A DNA stretch of 51,436 nucleotides, taken from Octopus sinensis (taxonomy: Eukaryota). The position numbers were made by a program, and so were the translations under genes. The DNA is taken from contig NW_021834025.1 in assembly GCF_006345805.1 (NCBI RefSeq), forward strand, positions 1 through 51,436. The letters are read 5' to 3'. The notes below the pieces were generated by a model, which searched no databases, was not told the DNA's origin, and was given only the letters and a program-made list of their open reading frames with translations. Positions 35,894-48,415 of the stretch are shown piece after piece (positions within the stretch are counted from its first letter, which is position 1; each line of letters opens with the position of its first letter).

Positions 35894-37379
35894 CATCTGA
35901 TATGGCCTGGTGTCCAGCACATTAGCAGTGGCCAGTTAGGCCTTCTCTTTATTGAGCAACAATAATAGAGAATGGGTGGGCTGTGTCATAACTCTCCTCT
36001 TTTGTCTTGCCCTCACACTATGAGAGGTTTGGGCTTCTTACAAGAAGCCTTGTTTTCACCATTTAGAGCTGTTTCACTTGATATTCATCCTTTATTCTTA
36101 ATACAATCCTCTCCATCTACATTTTAGATTCATTACCCTTCCGAGTCTCCACACTATCCCTCCTTCACTACTATAAACCTCTCACTCTCCTTATGCACTG
36201 CATCTGCCCCTCTCCTACACACACTCTTGCGACCTATCCAACCACACATTATCTTTCTCTCCAACTTATATGCATCATTGGTTACTCCTGTGTCTTATCC
36301 ACCACTTGCTACATCCATCCCTCAACCCAGCCTTAATTTTGTCTCCTATTTTTCCATAGCTTCCCTACCTACCCATCAACACTTGTTCTTCATTCATTAT
36401 ATTCGCACCTTCTTTTATTCACCATCTCTAATCATCTCTCTCTCAAACTCCCTTGCAATTCCTATCCACCCACACTCACTGTTCTGTACCCATTCGTTGC
36501 TTGCTTTATACTTTGAATGGTTACCTTGACATCTCATCATGACTGTTTTTATCTTTTTCCATTTCCATCCTGGTCATTCTCACCTGTATTCTATAAAATG
36601 AGTAGCTATGTAGTTCCTTTACAGTAATCACCACGATTTTTATGTTTTCAGCTCTACTACAGTTACTCTTATACTCACTTCAATAACAGAAAAGCCATGT
36701 TGTTCCTGTATATTAAGAAACTTGCTCTGTTCTGGTCTTTTCTCTCATACTTGAATCCTTCGTCTCCTAGTATAAAGGCTATCCCTTCTTTATTGTTGCT
36801 CTACTCAGTCAAAGGAGATCTTAGTCTTGTGAGCTCACTAGTGATGGGTCCCCCCAACACCGCCACACACTCAAAAATAAAAAAAAATACAGTGAATACA
36901 TGTTATAAAATGGGTGGTGTAAAATAGGGTACCTAGCTATGGAAATTATGCCAAAGCAGACATTGGAGATCGATGCAGTCCTAAGACTTATTGGATTCTG
37001 TCACACCATCCAACCTATGCCATTATGGAACATGAACATTAAATAATATGTATTATCTCCATCTCATTCTTTTCTACTGTATTATTATTACTATTTTGTG
37101 GTTCTTCATCCCCTTTATGTACTGTCAGTAACCACTTACCCTCCTCTACCTTTCACAAATGTATTATCAGTCACCTTCCATTTTGTCGCCCACTTAATCC
37201 ACCCCTTACCCCACCCACCTCTACAGTCACCACCCACTCATCCCTACCTTCACTCCAATGTATATTCATTATTGATAACCCTTCAACCATTCCCTTACTT
37301 TAACTACTCTCTACACACTAACACTCCCTGTTCTTCTGGTCCCACTCACCACATTTTGAGAGTAAACCCTGGTGTGGAA

Positions 37380-38742
37380 GCAACGTCTGGAATAGAAGGG
37401 CCTTAGAGTTAACCTAGCAAAGACCAAAGTCTTAGTAAGTAGGAAAGCAGACAAATCACAGATCCCTTCAGGTAGATGGCTCTGCTCAATGTGTAGGAAA
37501 GGCATAGGTAGAAATTCCATAAGATGATCCTGGTGCAAGCTATGGACACATAAGAGGTGCAGCATTATCAGAGGAATGTTATCTGAAGAAATAGTTTGTG
37601 TGTGTGTGTGTGAAGGTGCATGGGTACAATAAACTCTGGAAATATACAGAAAATAGACTCCATCAAATGCTAGGGAGTTAAGCCCGAGGTAGTTGATAGC
37701 TTCTGTTATCTAGGTGACCAAATCAGTATCAGAGGTGGTTGCTCCTAGAGTGTAGCATCAAAAATGAGAATAGGCTGGGCAAAGTTCAAAGAGTGCCTAC
37801 CTTTGTTTGCAACAGATGGCCTCTCCCTCAAAGTGAAAGATAGATTGTATGATACTTCTCTGTGAATAGCCATGCTACTTGGCAGTGAAACATGGGCTGT
37901 GACTGCTGAGGACATGCATAGGCTTGAAAGAAATGATGTTAGCATGCTTTGCTGGATGCGCAATGTCAGTGTGCATGTACAACAGAGTATAAGCATCTTG
38001 AGAGAAAAGTTGAGCTTAAGAGGCATCAGATGTGGTGGGCAAGAGAGACAACTGCACTGGTATGGTAACGTGCTGTGTACATACACAGCACGTGACCATA
38101 CAGCTGTGTAAAGAAGTGCCAATATGTAACTGGAGGGAACCTGTGGAAGAGGTAGACTTAGAAAGACATGGGGTGAGGTAGTGAAGCATGATCTTTGAAT
38201 GTTGAGCCTCACAGAGGCAATGACTAGTGACCGAGACCTTTGGCAAAATGCCATGCTTGAGAAGACTTGTCAAACCAAGTGAAATCATAGTCATGGCTGA
38301 TCCTGGTGTCATGTAACTGGCACCTGTGCTGGTGGCATGTAAAAAGCACCTTTTAAGCGTTGGGATTCACAAAGGCAATGTGGCTGATGCTGATGCCACA
38401 TAATTGGCACCCATGCTGGTGGCACATAAAAAGCACCTTTCGAGCATTGGGCCTTAAGGAAGCAATGAGAAATGATCAAGACCTTCGGCAATATGCTGTG
38501 CTTGAGTAGAAAACCCATCAAGCCAAGTGAAATTGTAGTTGTGACAGATATCAGTGTCACACAACTGGTTCCTAAACTGGTGACATGTAAAATCACCCAG
38601 TGCACTCTTGGAGTGGTTGGCATTAGGAAGGGTATCCAGCTGTAGAAACCATGCCAAATCCGACTGGTGTCTGTGCAGCCCCTCAGATTACCAGCCTTTG
38701 TCAAAACGTCAAGCCCATGCCAGCATGGACAATGGACATTAA
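37380..38742 (+). mobile_element. RTE LINE 3' half, decayed; tail interrupted by a piggyBac element
   Basis: Homologous to 24560-26064 (WLCSMC..HKRC; MLLGSETWAVTAEDMHRLERND); tail split as atggacattaa | aagatgatg. Confidence 0.85.
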
Positions 38743-39826
38743 CCCTTTCATTACCAAACCGCCCAAAGCCGCCTGAAAAAAATTTTGGTTAATGTGACCA
38801 AACCGCCCAAACCCACCCGTATTTACCTATTCATATTTAAATGAGAATATCAGAGCAAATCTCTTTAGTACATTCGTGAAAACACTGATTATACTTCGTA
38901 AACAGTTCATCTACAGTTTTGTACAATGATCAAAGTGTAATTTTAATTCCGTGAATTTTGGGAGATTTTTTTCCGAAATTTGTTCCTATTGTGTTTTCAA
39001 AATTTGTAATTCTGACAAAAAATGGATACGAATTTCATTATATCAAGCAGCGAGTTAGAATTCGAAGGATTTTCTACTGAAGACCTTGATAAATCTAACT
39101 CTATGACTGAAAAAAAAAAGCACGTGGTATTTGATAATGAATCTGATGTTTCATTTTCCGAAAGTGAAAACAGTGAATCCAAGAGCTCCGACAGCGATAA
39201 AGAAAATGAATTGGCACCTGAATGGAGTGAAAATTTAAAAACTGTTTCTTTCGGTGATTTTTCTGAAGAAACTGGACCAAGCCACATACTTTCCCAGGAG
39301 AGTAAAGCCTTAGACTATTTCTTTTTACTTTTTCGAATGAGCCTATTTGAAATCATTACGGCGGAAACGAACCGTTACGCTAAATGTAAACAAAGAGAAA
39401 GAAAGGATAGTTAGTGGTTTCCCACAACCTTGAATGAAATTAAGACTATTTTGCCATAAATATTATTATGGGTAACTGGAGTTACCCAGAATAACAAATT
39501 CTATCGTAAAATTTTGTTGTATACCCAATTGAATATTAGCTAATAACCCATTTTCTATAGCGATGTTTGAACAAAATTTTAATAATTTTATATTTTGTTG
39601 AATTTACCTGTATCTACCTGCAATTAGAGTCACTTTGTGACAAAAATTATAGTATAGAATTGGTTGAGAACATTTCATTAAATTATCTTCCAAAAATCAC
39701 ATTAATATATTGATAAATAAAAAAGTTATAGTTGTTTAATGAAACCAGACTAAATTTATGATTATGTTAGAAATTATTGAAACACATAAGGGGTGTATTT
39801 TGGTCAGAAATATAGTAACGAAAGGG
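38743..39826 (+). mobile_element. piggyBac-derived element (copy 2) with transposase N-terminal remnant
   Basis: TTAA at 38739-38742 and 39827-39830; TIRs CCCTTTCATTAC/GTAACGAAAGGG. ORF 39022-39414 has an acidic N-terminus plus GP..ALDYFFLLF..LFEIITAETNRYA, then WFPTTLNEIK (PGBD-type). Confidence 0.92.
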
Positions 39827-39839
39827 TTAAAAGATGATG

Positions 39840-40100
39840 CGTCACCTTTGCGCTTTCAGCAGTTGATTATACTGCTGCTACAGCAATCGTATATGACTCC
39901 CTCATGGATAACCTGATGAAATATGTGGGTAACTAGGCTATATCCTACTCTGTGAAATGTTTTAAGCATCTCAGCAGGGATTCCTGATGGGCCAGGGGCT
40001 TTCCTTGTTTTCATATCCTTAATTGCTTTATCTTCCATGCTACTGTTGATTCAGATAGCTGGTCCCCTAAGTTGGATCGTTTGGCAACCACTCCTTGTCC
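39840..40100 (-). mobile_element. RTE RT fragment
   Basis: KAIKDMKTRKAPGPSGIPAEMLK..LVTHIF, homologous to 23810-24010. Confidence 0.8.
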
Positions 40101-40104
40101 CATT

Positions 40105-40640
40105 CATCATCATCATCATCAAACGTCTGTTTTCCATGCTAGCATGATTTGGACGGTTCGACCGGAGTCTGGTAAGCCATGGAGGCTGCAGCAGGCTCTA
40201 GTCTGATTTGGCAGTGTTTCTACAGCTGGATGCCCATCCTAACGCCAACCACTCTGTGAGTGTAGTGGGTGTTTTTTACATGCCACCGGCGCGGGAGCCA
40301 GAGCAGGTTGGCAAATGGCCACGATCAGTTGGTGCTTTTATGTGTCACCGACACGGACGCTAGTATTTGCCATGTTCAGACGGTGCTTTTTACGTGTCAC
40401 CGGCACGGGTGTCTTAACTACAATATCCATTTGAATTTTTATTTTGATGTTAACGTTGACATACTTGACTCAACAGGTCTCCTCAAGAACAGCGGGTCAC
40501 TTTACAATCCAGGTCAGCACAGCAGGCCGTTCTGCGAGCATGAACTCACTTCATTTTTCGGGTCTTCAAATCCTCAAGAACAGCAGGTCACTCTATGATC
40601 CAAGGTTAGCACAGCAGGCTGTCCTGCGAGCCATGAACTC
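40105..40640 (-). mobile_element. RTE-derived 3' module
   Basis: catcatcatcaaacgtctgttttccatg tail; inverted counterpart of 26120-26537. Confidence 0.8.
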
Positions 40641-40679
40641 ACTTCATTTGTCAGGTCATGGCTCCAGCCTTTCAAAAAT

Positions 40680-41960
40680 GGCATTTCCAAGCCTCTATCT
40701 TTGTAGAATCATTAAATGCAAGTGAACCATTACCCATGTGGACACATTTCTCTCCCGTAACATCATGATTTTCTCTCTCACACACTGTGTTGCAATCTGA
40801 AACACTTCAAGTCTCATCCTCTTGTTGCAGAACATTGGCAAACTTCTTTTCTGCTATATCCCTGTCTCCTAGCTTCCCTTCTGACTATGTGATACAATTT
40901 CCTGCTACCCCCACACTTCCAGTCCTTCTGGGCCTGTTACTTTCTTCTAATGGCCTTGTCTACAGCATCATCCACCACCAAGTCACCCTAGGTCTGGAGG
41001 GAACTTTGCACCAGCCACAGAGTTTGTCAGTGGCACTCAGCAAGCTGTCCCATAGGAATTCCCACTTGCCCTCTATGTTACAAGTCTGTAGTTTCTCTTT
41101 CTCATCAAATTTCTCAATGAGGATGTCCCTTAATCTCTTACCGTATAGAGGATACTTAAACTTCCAGATCCTTCTTTTCCAGCTGAAGTCTAAAGTTGCT
41201 AATGACTAGCCTTTGCTGGGAGGTGGGGGGGGTACATTCTTCTCCAGGGAAGGTCTTTGCACTTAAGAGCAACCCTGTATCTTGGTGTTTGGTGATAATG
41301 TAATTGATCTGGCTAGCATGGTTATCCGATCGATAGGTTATCAGGTGACTGTCTGGTTATCTGAAGTTGGTGTTGCAAATTGATAGGTTATTTGCATCAC
41401 AGAACTATAGTAGCCTTGCTTCCTCTTCATTTCAGGAACCAATTCCATGGCCCCATGTACACCATGGAAGATACCTGGATGTTGCCTAGCGTGTCCGTTG
41501 AAATCTTCAGCCACAAAGATGAGATCATTGTCATTAAGGCAGCCTGCAGAATGATATCATAAAAGCAGTCCTTTTGTTCATTTGGTAGATCCTCTTGGAG
41601 GGCATAGGTAGAGATAATTGTTGCTGTACTATTCTGCTAAACTAGCCTGAACTCAAGTACTCTACTACACTCTAACTACTTCTATGACCTTATCAACCCA
41701 TTTCTCTGCAAGAAGTATGCTCACACCATCTACACCATCACTGTTACCTTTGTAGAAGAGTTTATACCTATGTCTTGCCTGTGAGAAACCTAGCTGAAGC
41801 TCTCCTCCACCTTATCTCTCTTGAATGCAACATGCATCAACATACCTCCTTTCAAGTATCTTGACAATCTTGCCAGACCTACCTTTTAATGTGCCTACAT
41901 CACCAGTGCCATCTCTGTAAACTTGGAAAAGGACATGAGAAGTGGGGATTTATTTGCTAT
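40680..41960 (-). mobile_element. RTE LINE 5' part with APE endonuclease pseudogene
   Basis: The - strand reads VGTLKGRSGKIVKILERRYVDACCIQEIRW..YKLFYKGNSDGVDGVSILLAEKWVDKV..TYAPQ..KDCFYD. Confidence 0.85.
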
Positions 41961-42119
41961 TCAACATCTAAAAAGAAGGTTTTAAAGAGCGTTTGATAAC
42001 AGACATGTCATAAGGGTTGGTTACACTTAAATCCATCATCATTCAATCATGTTCAAAATTTGCTACCCCTGTTGGGAGTGAGTGTAGTACAAGTGTTATT
42101 ACTGCAGACATAAATAAAT

Positions 42120-42310
42120 GGGTCAAAGTTTAAATTGAGAGAGTTTTCTGTTACAGAGGAGAAGCTTCCTGTACCAGCCTATTCTTATTCTAGTGGCTAT
42201 GCTCTCAGAGCATCCACCCCCACTACTGACTTGGTCACCTAAGTAATGGAAGCTATTGACTACTTCTAGTTTTCCCTCCTGGCATGTGATTGCTTGGAGG
42301 ACTATGATGA
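42120..42310 (-). mobile_element. Deleted RTE RT fragment
   Basis: FIIVLQAI..LEVVNSFHYLGDQVSSGGGCSESIATRIRIGW. Confidence 0.75.
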
Positions 42311-42469
42311 ACAAGAGGGAGCTGAGAACTGATCCTTCTGGTACAGAGGAGAAGCTTCCTGTTGGTGCAGAAGTGGAGCCTTGAACAGAATAAGAGGAAA
42401 GATTTCGTATATAAGGGAGAGGATTTCAGCTATAAGAGAGGGGCTTCCTGGTAGAAGAGTATATAGCAT

Positions 42470-44265
42470 CACATAACGTGGAGGACAACTGGAGGTTCCT
42501 ACAGGACGACCTGTTGAGGGCTACTGACCTAATCTGTGACTGGTGCAAAGTCACCTCTCAACCTAAGGTGACATGCTGGTGGAACAATGTTGCTGGCAGG
42601 GCTGTTAGGGACAAGAAACAGGCCTGGAAGGACTGGAAGTGTGGTTGTAGCAGGGAAGTGTATCAGATAGCCAGAAGGAAAGTTAGGAGACAGGTTTACT
42701 TAGCCAGTGGGGAAGCAGAAAAGAAGATATTTGCCAATGTTCTGCATCATAAGGATCAGAGACTTGAAGTGTTTCAAATTGCAAGAAAGTGTGTGACAGA
42801 AAATTGCAATGTAATGGGAGAGAAATGTGTCCACATGGATGATGGTTTACTTGCATTTCATGATGCTGCAAAGAAAGAGACTTGGAGACACCACTATGAA
42901 ATGTTGCTAAATGAAGAGAATGAATGGGAGAAAGAGTCTACCAAATGTCGACGCAACTGATGGACCAGCTATCCAAATTGACAGTATCTTGGTAGTTAAA
43001 GCAATTAAGGATCTGAAGACAGGGAAAGCCTCCGGCCTGTCACGAATCACTGCTGAGATGATTAGAATATCTGGCAGTGTAGGCCATAGTCTAATCACTC
43101 ATATTGTTAACCAGGTGATACATGAAGGAGTCATACCCAATGACTGGTGTAGCTGCGACAAAGGTAAAGGTAACACATTAAATAGAAATAATTACAGACG
43201 TATCAAATTGTTGGATCAAGTGATGAAAGTCACTGATGGGTCATAGCCCAACTAATTAGGGAGAGGATTGGCAATGAGTCTAATGAAGAATTCAGGGTAC
43301 AAGTAGGGGTTCACCAAGGATCAGTTCTCAGCCCCCTTGTGTTCATCATAGTCCTCCAAGCAATAACAGAAGAATTCAAGGTAGGCTGCCCCTGGGAGCT
43401 CCTCTATGCTGATGACCACCAAAAATGTACAGACAATAGATTCAATCACATGCCAATAGCTTCCATTACCTAGGTGACCTAGTTAGTAGTGGAGGTGGAT
43501 GCTCTGAGAGCATAGCTGCTAGAATAATAATAGGCTGGGCAAAGTTCAAAGAGCTCCTACTTCTGCTGGTAAGGAAGGGCCTCTCTCTCAGAGTGAAATG
43601 CAGACTGTATGATGCCTGTGTGTGAACAGACATGCTACACAGCAGTGAAACGGGTTGTGGCTACTGAAGACATGTGTAGGCTTGTAAGAAATGAAGCTAC
43701 TATGCCCCACTGAATGTGTGCATGCATGACAGAGTGTAAGCATCCTGAGAGGAAATTTGGACATAAGAAGCATCGGATGTGGTGTGCAAGAGAGATGACT
43801 GTGCTGGTATGGTCATGTGATGCATATGGATGAAGAGAGCTGTGTGAAGAAGTGTTGCACTCAAGCAGTGCAGGGAACCTGTGGAAGAGGTAGACCCAGG
43901 AAAACATAGGATGAGGTGGTGAAACACGATCTTTGAATGTTGAGCCTCACAGAGGCAACGACAAGCAACTGAGACCTTTGGAGATATCCCATAATTGAGA
44001 AAACCCATCAAGCCAAGTGAGATGGTAGTCTTGGTTGATGCCAGTGTCATGTGACTGACCCATTAAAAGCACCCTTCAATCATTGGGCAATATGTTGTGC
44101 TTTTGAAGACCTGTCAAACTGATTAAAATTGTAGTTGTAGCTGATGCCAGTGGCATCTCACCAGCATATAAAAAGCACCCTTCAATCATTGGGCAATATG
44201 CTGTGAAGACCTGTTGAACTGAGTGAAACCGTAGTCGTGGCTGATGCCAGTGCTGTCTGACTGAC
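42470..44265 (+). mobile_element. Internally deleted RTE LINE
   Basis: WWNNVAGRAVRDKKQAWK; KAIKDLKTGKASG; GVHQGSVLSPL; WELLYADD; 3'UTR repeats. Confidence 0.85.
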
Positions 44266-44269
44266 ACAC

Positions 44270-44430
44270 ATCATCATCATTGTTCGACCATGGTCGAGAC
44301 AATGGAATTTACCATGCTACACCAGACTTCACGGTCCATCATGGTATTACGGAGGTCCTGTTGCTGATGCCTGTATCCCTGGAGATTACATCAGGGTAGG
44401 AGAGTGTGCGCCCTCTGGTATTGCGAGTGG
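44270..44430 (-). mobile_element. 3' end of another (GAT)n-tailed RTE-like family
   Basis: The - strand ends tgtctcgaccatggtcgaacaatgatgatgatg. Confidence 0.45.
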
Positions 44431-44581
44431 TGCCTAAAAAGCACCTTTGAGCTTTGGGCCTCATGGAGGCAGTGATGTGACCAAGACCCTTGACGACATA
44501 CTTACATTGACCTGTCAAATCAAGTGAGAATTTTTTGTTGAATTTTCTGTCATGGAACAGTACATTATATATATATAATAT

Positions 44582-44630
<49 letters not shown>

Positions 44631-44632
<2 letters not shown>

Positions 44633-44875
44633 TCATCATCATCATCATCATCGTTTAACGTCCGTTTTCCGCGCTAGCACGGGTTGGACGGTTTCGACCG
44701 GGGTCTGGGGAGCTAGGGACTGCCCCAGGCTCCAGTCTAGTCTGGCAGAGTTTCTACGGCTGGATGCCCTTCCTAACGCCAACCACTCCGCGAGTGTAGT
44801 GGGTGTTTTTTACGTGCCACCTGCACAGGTGCCAGAGGGGTCTGGCATCGGCCACGTTCGGATGGTACTTTTTTT
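44631..44875 (-). mobile_element. RTE-tailed short element (young-looking, CpG-rich)
   Basis: catcatcgtttaacgtccgttttcc...gtttctacggctggatgcccttcctaacgccaaccactccg. Confidence 0.8.
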
Positions 44876-45126
44876 ATGTGGGGGGGGGGGTGCAGAAATA
44901 TAGGGGAGCACCAGTGGGGAGGGGTGGTTCAGAGAAATGATGACAGGTTCTAGGCAAGTAGAACGTAGGATATCAAGAGAGGGGTAATGCATGGTGAAAT
45001 AGCGTATTGAAGAGGGGGGTTCGAAGAGTAGACACCTATTATGGTGGTGGGAGAAGCGACATCCAGTATGGATGGAGCAAAAATATAGAGATATCCGGTA
45101 TTGGTGGTGGGCAGGGCGGGTGCACC

Positions 45127-45832
45127 GCGAATACACGATGGTTGATGAATACACGAGAGGCGAGATGGGTAATGGATAAATTAGTTAAAATAATTAGATA
45201 GATATAGAAATTAGTTAAAAATAGTTAGATAGATAAGAAAGCATGTATGATTGATGGGGAAGTGAAAATAAATAAATAAATAAGCATTCAACTTATCTGC
45301 TAGATGAATGAATGAATGTAAGAGCAGAAGTTTGGGGCTGCGTTTTTTTAAGTAAAGATTGTCCGGAGGAAGAAGGCGCGAATACACGATGGTTGATGAA
45401 TACACGAGAGGCGAGATGGGTAATGGATAAATTAGTTAAAATAATTAGATAGATATAGAAAATAGTTAGATAGATAAGAAAGCATGTATGATTGATGGGG
45501 AAGTGAAAATAAATAAATAAATAAGCATTCAACTTATCTGCTAGATGAATGAATGAATGTAAGAGCAGAAGTTTGGGGCTGGGTTTTTTTAAGTAAAGAT
45601 TGTCCGGAGGAAGAAGGCGCGAATACACGATGGTTGATGAATACACGAGAGGCGAGATGGGTAATGGATAAATTAGTTAAAATAATTAGATAGATATAGA
45701 AATTAGTTTAAAATAGTTAGATAGATAAGAAAGCATGTATGATTGATGGGGAAGTGAAAATAAATAAATAAATAAGCATTCAACTTATCTGCTAGATGAA
45801 TGAATGAATGTAAGAGCAGAAGTTTGGGGCTG
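45127..45832. repeat. Tandem array, about 2.9 units of 241-251 bp
   Basis: Unit starts at 45127, 45378 and 45619; units are nearly identical. Confidence 0.93.
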
Positions 45833-45921
45833 ATATATATATAAATATAAAAATGGAACAAAAACGCAATGGAGGAAAATAAAACATTTGGACAGACGAT
45901 GCAAAGGCGAACAGGTGAAAT

Positions 45922-46466
45922 AACAATTAGAAGGACAGGAAAAAAAGACCGGTCATTCATGGCCTTCTTTCCTCAGTCAAGGTTACCAGATGTCCTTACT
46001 GTTTCGGGCAGTTACACTTGAAACAGTTCGATCTGGTTGCCCCCCAAAAAGTCTAAGCTAACAGCATTAGATTTTTTGTAAGAAAGCTAGTGAATGTGTT
46101 CGGCAACAAAGACAAAAAACGAAGAGCATGGTGCACAATTACAAATACAAACAGCAAGAAAATAACAACAGGTGTCTTTCAACTGAGAACGAATCAAATT
46201 GAGCTGGTGTGTATGAAGTGAAAGCCTAAAGGCAGGAACATAGGTGATGGACATAAGAGATGTTGATGGTCAGCAGTCAGGCCAAGAAAGGCAGACAGGA
46301 GAAACAACAATTAGAAGGACAGGAAAAAAAAGACGGGTCATTTGTGGCCTTCTTTCTTCAGTCAAGTTTACCAGAAGTCCTTACTGTTTTGGGCAGTTGC
46401 ACTTGAGACAGTTCGATCTGGTTGTCCCCAAAAAAGTCTAAACTAAGAGCAGTCAGGCCAAGAAAG
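45922..46466. repeat. About 140-bp direct duplication (45922-46061 and 46306-46446); second copy bracketed by a perfect 19-bp direct repeat
   Basis: agcagtcaggccaagaaag at 46272-46290 and 46448-46466. Confidence 0.85.
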
Positions 46467-46789
46467 AAAGATCATATATATATATATAGTTTGTTAGATT
46501 GGTAGAATTGTAAGGAAGTTTGACCAATAGCTTTGCAATATTTGTTTCAAAATCTCACCATTGCCTAGTTATGTGGTAGATTTAATCTGTTCGCTCAGCT
46601 TAACACCTTGGGTACTTTTTGTAGATCCCTCCCTACCTTTATTTTAAGCATTTAGGCCAGGTTTCTATATTGAGGATCCCTCCTTTCTATCAGTCTTGGA
46701 AGCCTTGAAAGGGGTTAGGGACATGGTTCTCCCTCCCAATGAGGAAATCAGTTGCATCGCCCCCAGTGCTTGACCAGTACTTGATTTAT

Positions 46790-46989
46790 CAACCCTGAAA
46801 GGTGCTGATGCCACGTAAAAAAACACTTATTCTTTTCTGTAATGTAGTTGGATAGGAAAGACATCCAGCCATAAAAACCCTGCTAAAACAGACAGTGAAG
46901 CCTGGTGCAGTCTTCTGCCTAACCAGCCCCTGTCAAACTGTCCAGCCCATTCCATCATGGAAAACAGACATTAAATGATAATGATGATG
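46790..46989 (+). mobile_element. Decayed RTE-tailed short element
   Basis: catggaaaacagacattaaatgataatgatg tail. Confidence 0.65.
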
Positions 46990-47161
46990 TTGACATATAT
47001 ATTGAAGATAGGAGAGAGAGGGAAGGTGTGTGTCTGTGAGATGACTATATTGTGAGAGCCTGCAACTACTTAATGATGCTTCATTTATATTGAGATAGAT
47101 GACTGGATTTTCCACCATTATATAATAAAATGTTCTTCTATCTTTTGTGGTATTATTGTAG

Positions 47162-47304
47162 TTAAGCCATTATTTAGACACTGTTGAGGTTCAAATTGGT
47201 GAACAGATATCTCTACGTTCAGAAGCATTCTTTCACGCGATGACGTCTCACGATGAATTGCAGGATTACATGCAAGTCACATGTCAGGCAATAAAGCTAC
47301 TCAG
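47162..47304 (+). CDS. VPS54: VPS54 next coding exon (143 bp, phase 0-2): LSHYLDTVEVQIGEQISLRSEAFFHAMTSHDELQDYMQVTCQAIKLL(R)
   Basis: Acceptor tattattgtAG (47160-47161) and donor AG|GTAAAG at 47305. Near-identical to the recalled VPS54 motif LSHYLDIVEVNIAHQISLRSEAFFHAMTSQHELQ, which directly follows KLLQEK. Confidence 0.93.
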
Positions 47305-48149
47305 GTAAAGTATATTTTATGCTTGTGTTATTTAAACTTATTAAAACCAGCTAAATTTTATACAAAACTGAGGAACATTACTTATTTATCATTATGGTCA
47401 CCATTATTTATGTTCTCTTTCCATATTGGTATTTGTTGACTGTATTTTGCTTGCATGTTTCAGTTTTGTCTTGGTTTCTATGGATGTTCTGATCACCATT
47501 TAGTTTACAGTATATACTGAGTGCATTTTATCATGGTGTTTTATCATGGCACCGATACAAGACAGGTTGTCCTGTTCTTGATAAGACTAAAGAGTTCTTT
47601 TGGTACTACATCATTTCTGTTTATTTTCTGGCCACTTCATGGAATGTACAGTGTGCCTTTTATTGTTGCTAGTGCAACAATAAAGATTTTTTATATTTTA
47701 TTGCAGCCACCATCAAGGATTTTATTTGACTATATGAATCACATTGTTTGGCCTCATACATATTCCATTGATCTTGTAAGGAGAAATAGATTTAACTTTG
47801 TTGGGGATTGAAACTAAGAATATAAAAAAAAATCATCACCCTCTCACTCTCTTCCACTCTCTCTTATTCTTAATCATTCCCTCTCTCTCTATCTGCCCCC
47901 TTCCCCTGACTGGATAATCGTGTATGTCCTCCACAGGAACACACCTGTTTCTGTCTTCATTCCTGATATCTCTCTCTCTCTCTCGATCCTTCTCTTTCCC
48001 TCTGACTGGGTAATCATGTATCTCCTCTACAGCAAGGGACCTGTTTCTATCCCTCTGTCACACCCTAACCCCTCATCACCTGGCACAAGGCCATCTTCTC
48101 CAAATCCTTGCCTCAAAGAATCTTTGTTTTGCAAGTTATTTGGTGACCC

Positions 48150-48415
48150 CCATCAGTGCTAGTCTATGCAGTCCATACTGTAAAGTTGTCGGTGTTTGGA
48201 AGGGCATCCAGCTGCAAGTACCATGCCAAAACAGGCCTTGCCACTGTTGGTGTAATGCAAAAAAATACTCAGTCCACTCTTTAAGGTTATTAGTGTTAGA
48301 AGTTGTAAAAACCCTACCAAAACAGACAGTGAAGTCTGGTGCAGTCTTTTGCCTAGCCAACCCCTATCAAACCATCCAGACCATACCAGTGTGGAAAATG
48401 GATGTTAAATGAAGA
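48150..48415 (+). mobile_element. Decayed RTE-tailed short element
   Basis: ggaagggcatccagctg...gtggaaaatggatgttaaatgaag. Confidence 0.6.

Noticed and set aside
45127-45832. Tandem array as a CRISPR-like or coding repeat
   Set aside because: Whole units repeat with no unique spacers, the context is a eukaryotic intron, and ORFs in it are low-complexity.
45960-46030. Possible type II or permuted hammerhead on the - strand (GAAAC AGUA ... CUGAGGA)
   Set aside because: Stems I and II do not close around the core in any permutation tried; the GAAAC is explained by a simple hairpin.
47500-47810. Moderately complex ORF 47521-47811 and opposite-strand frames as a further exon
   Set aside because: No similarity to the expected next VPS54 segment (DKIAQID..), and no recognisable motif or clear splice pair.
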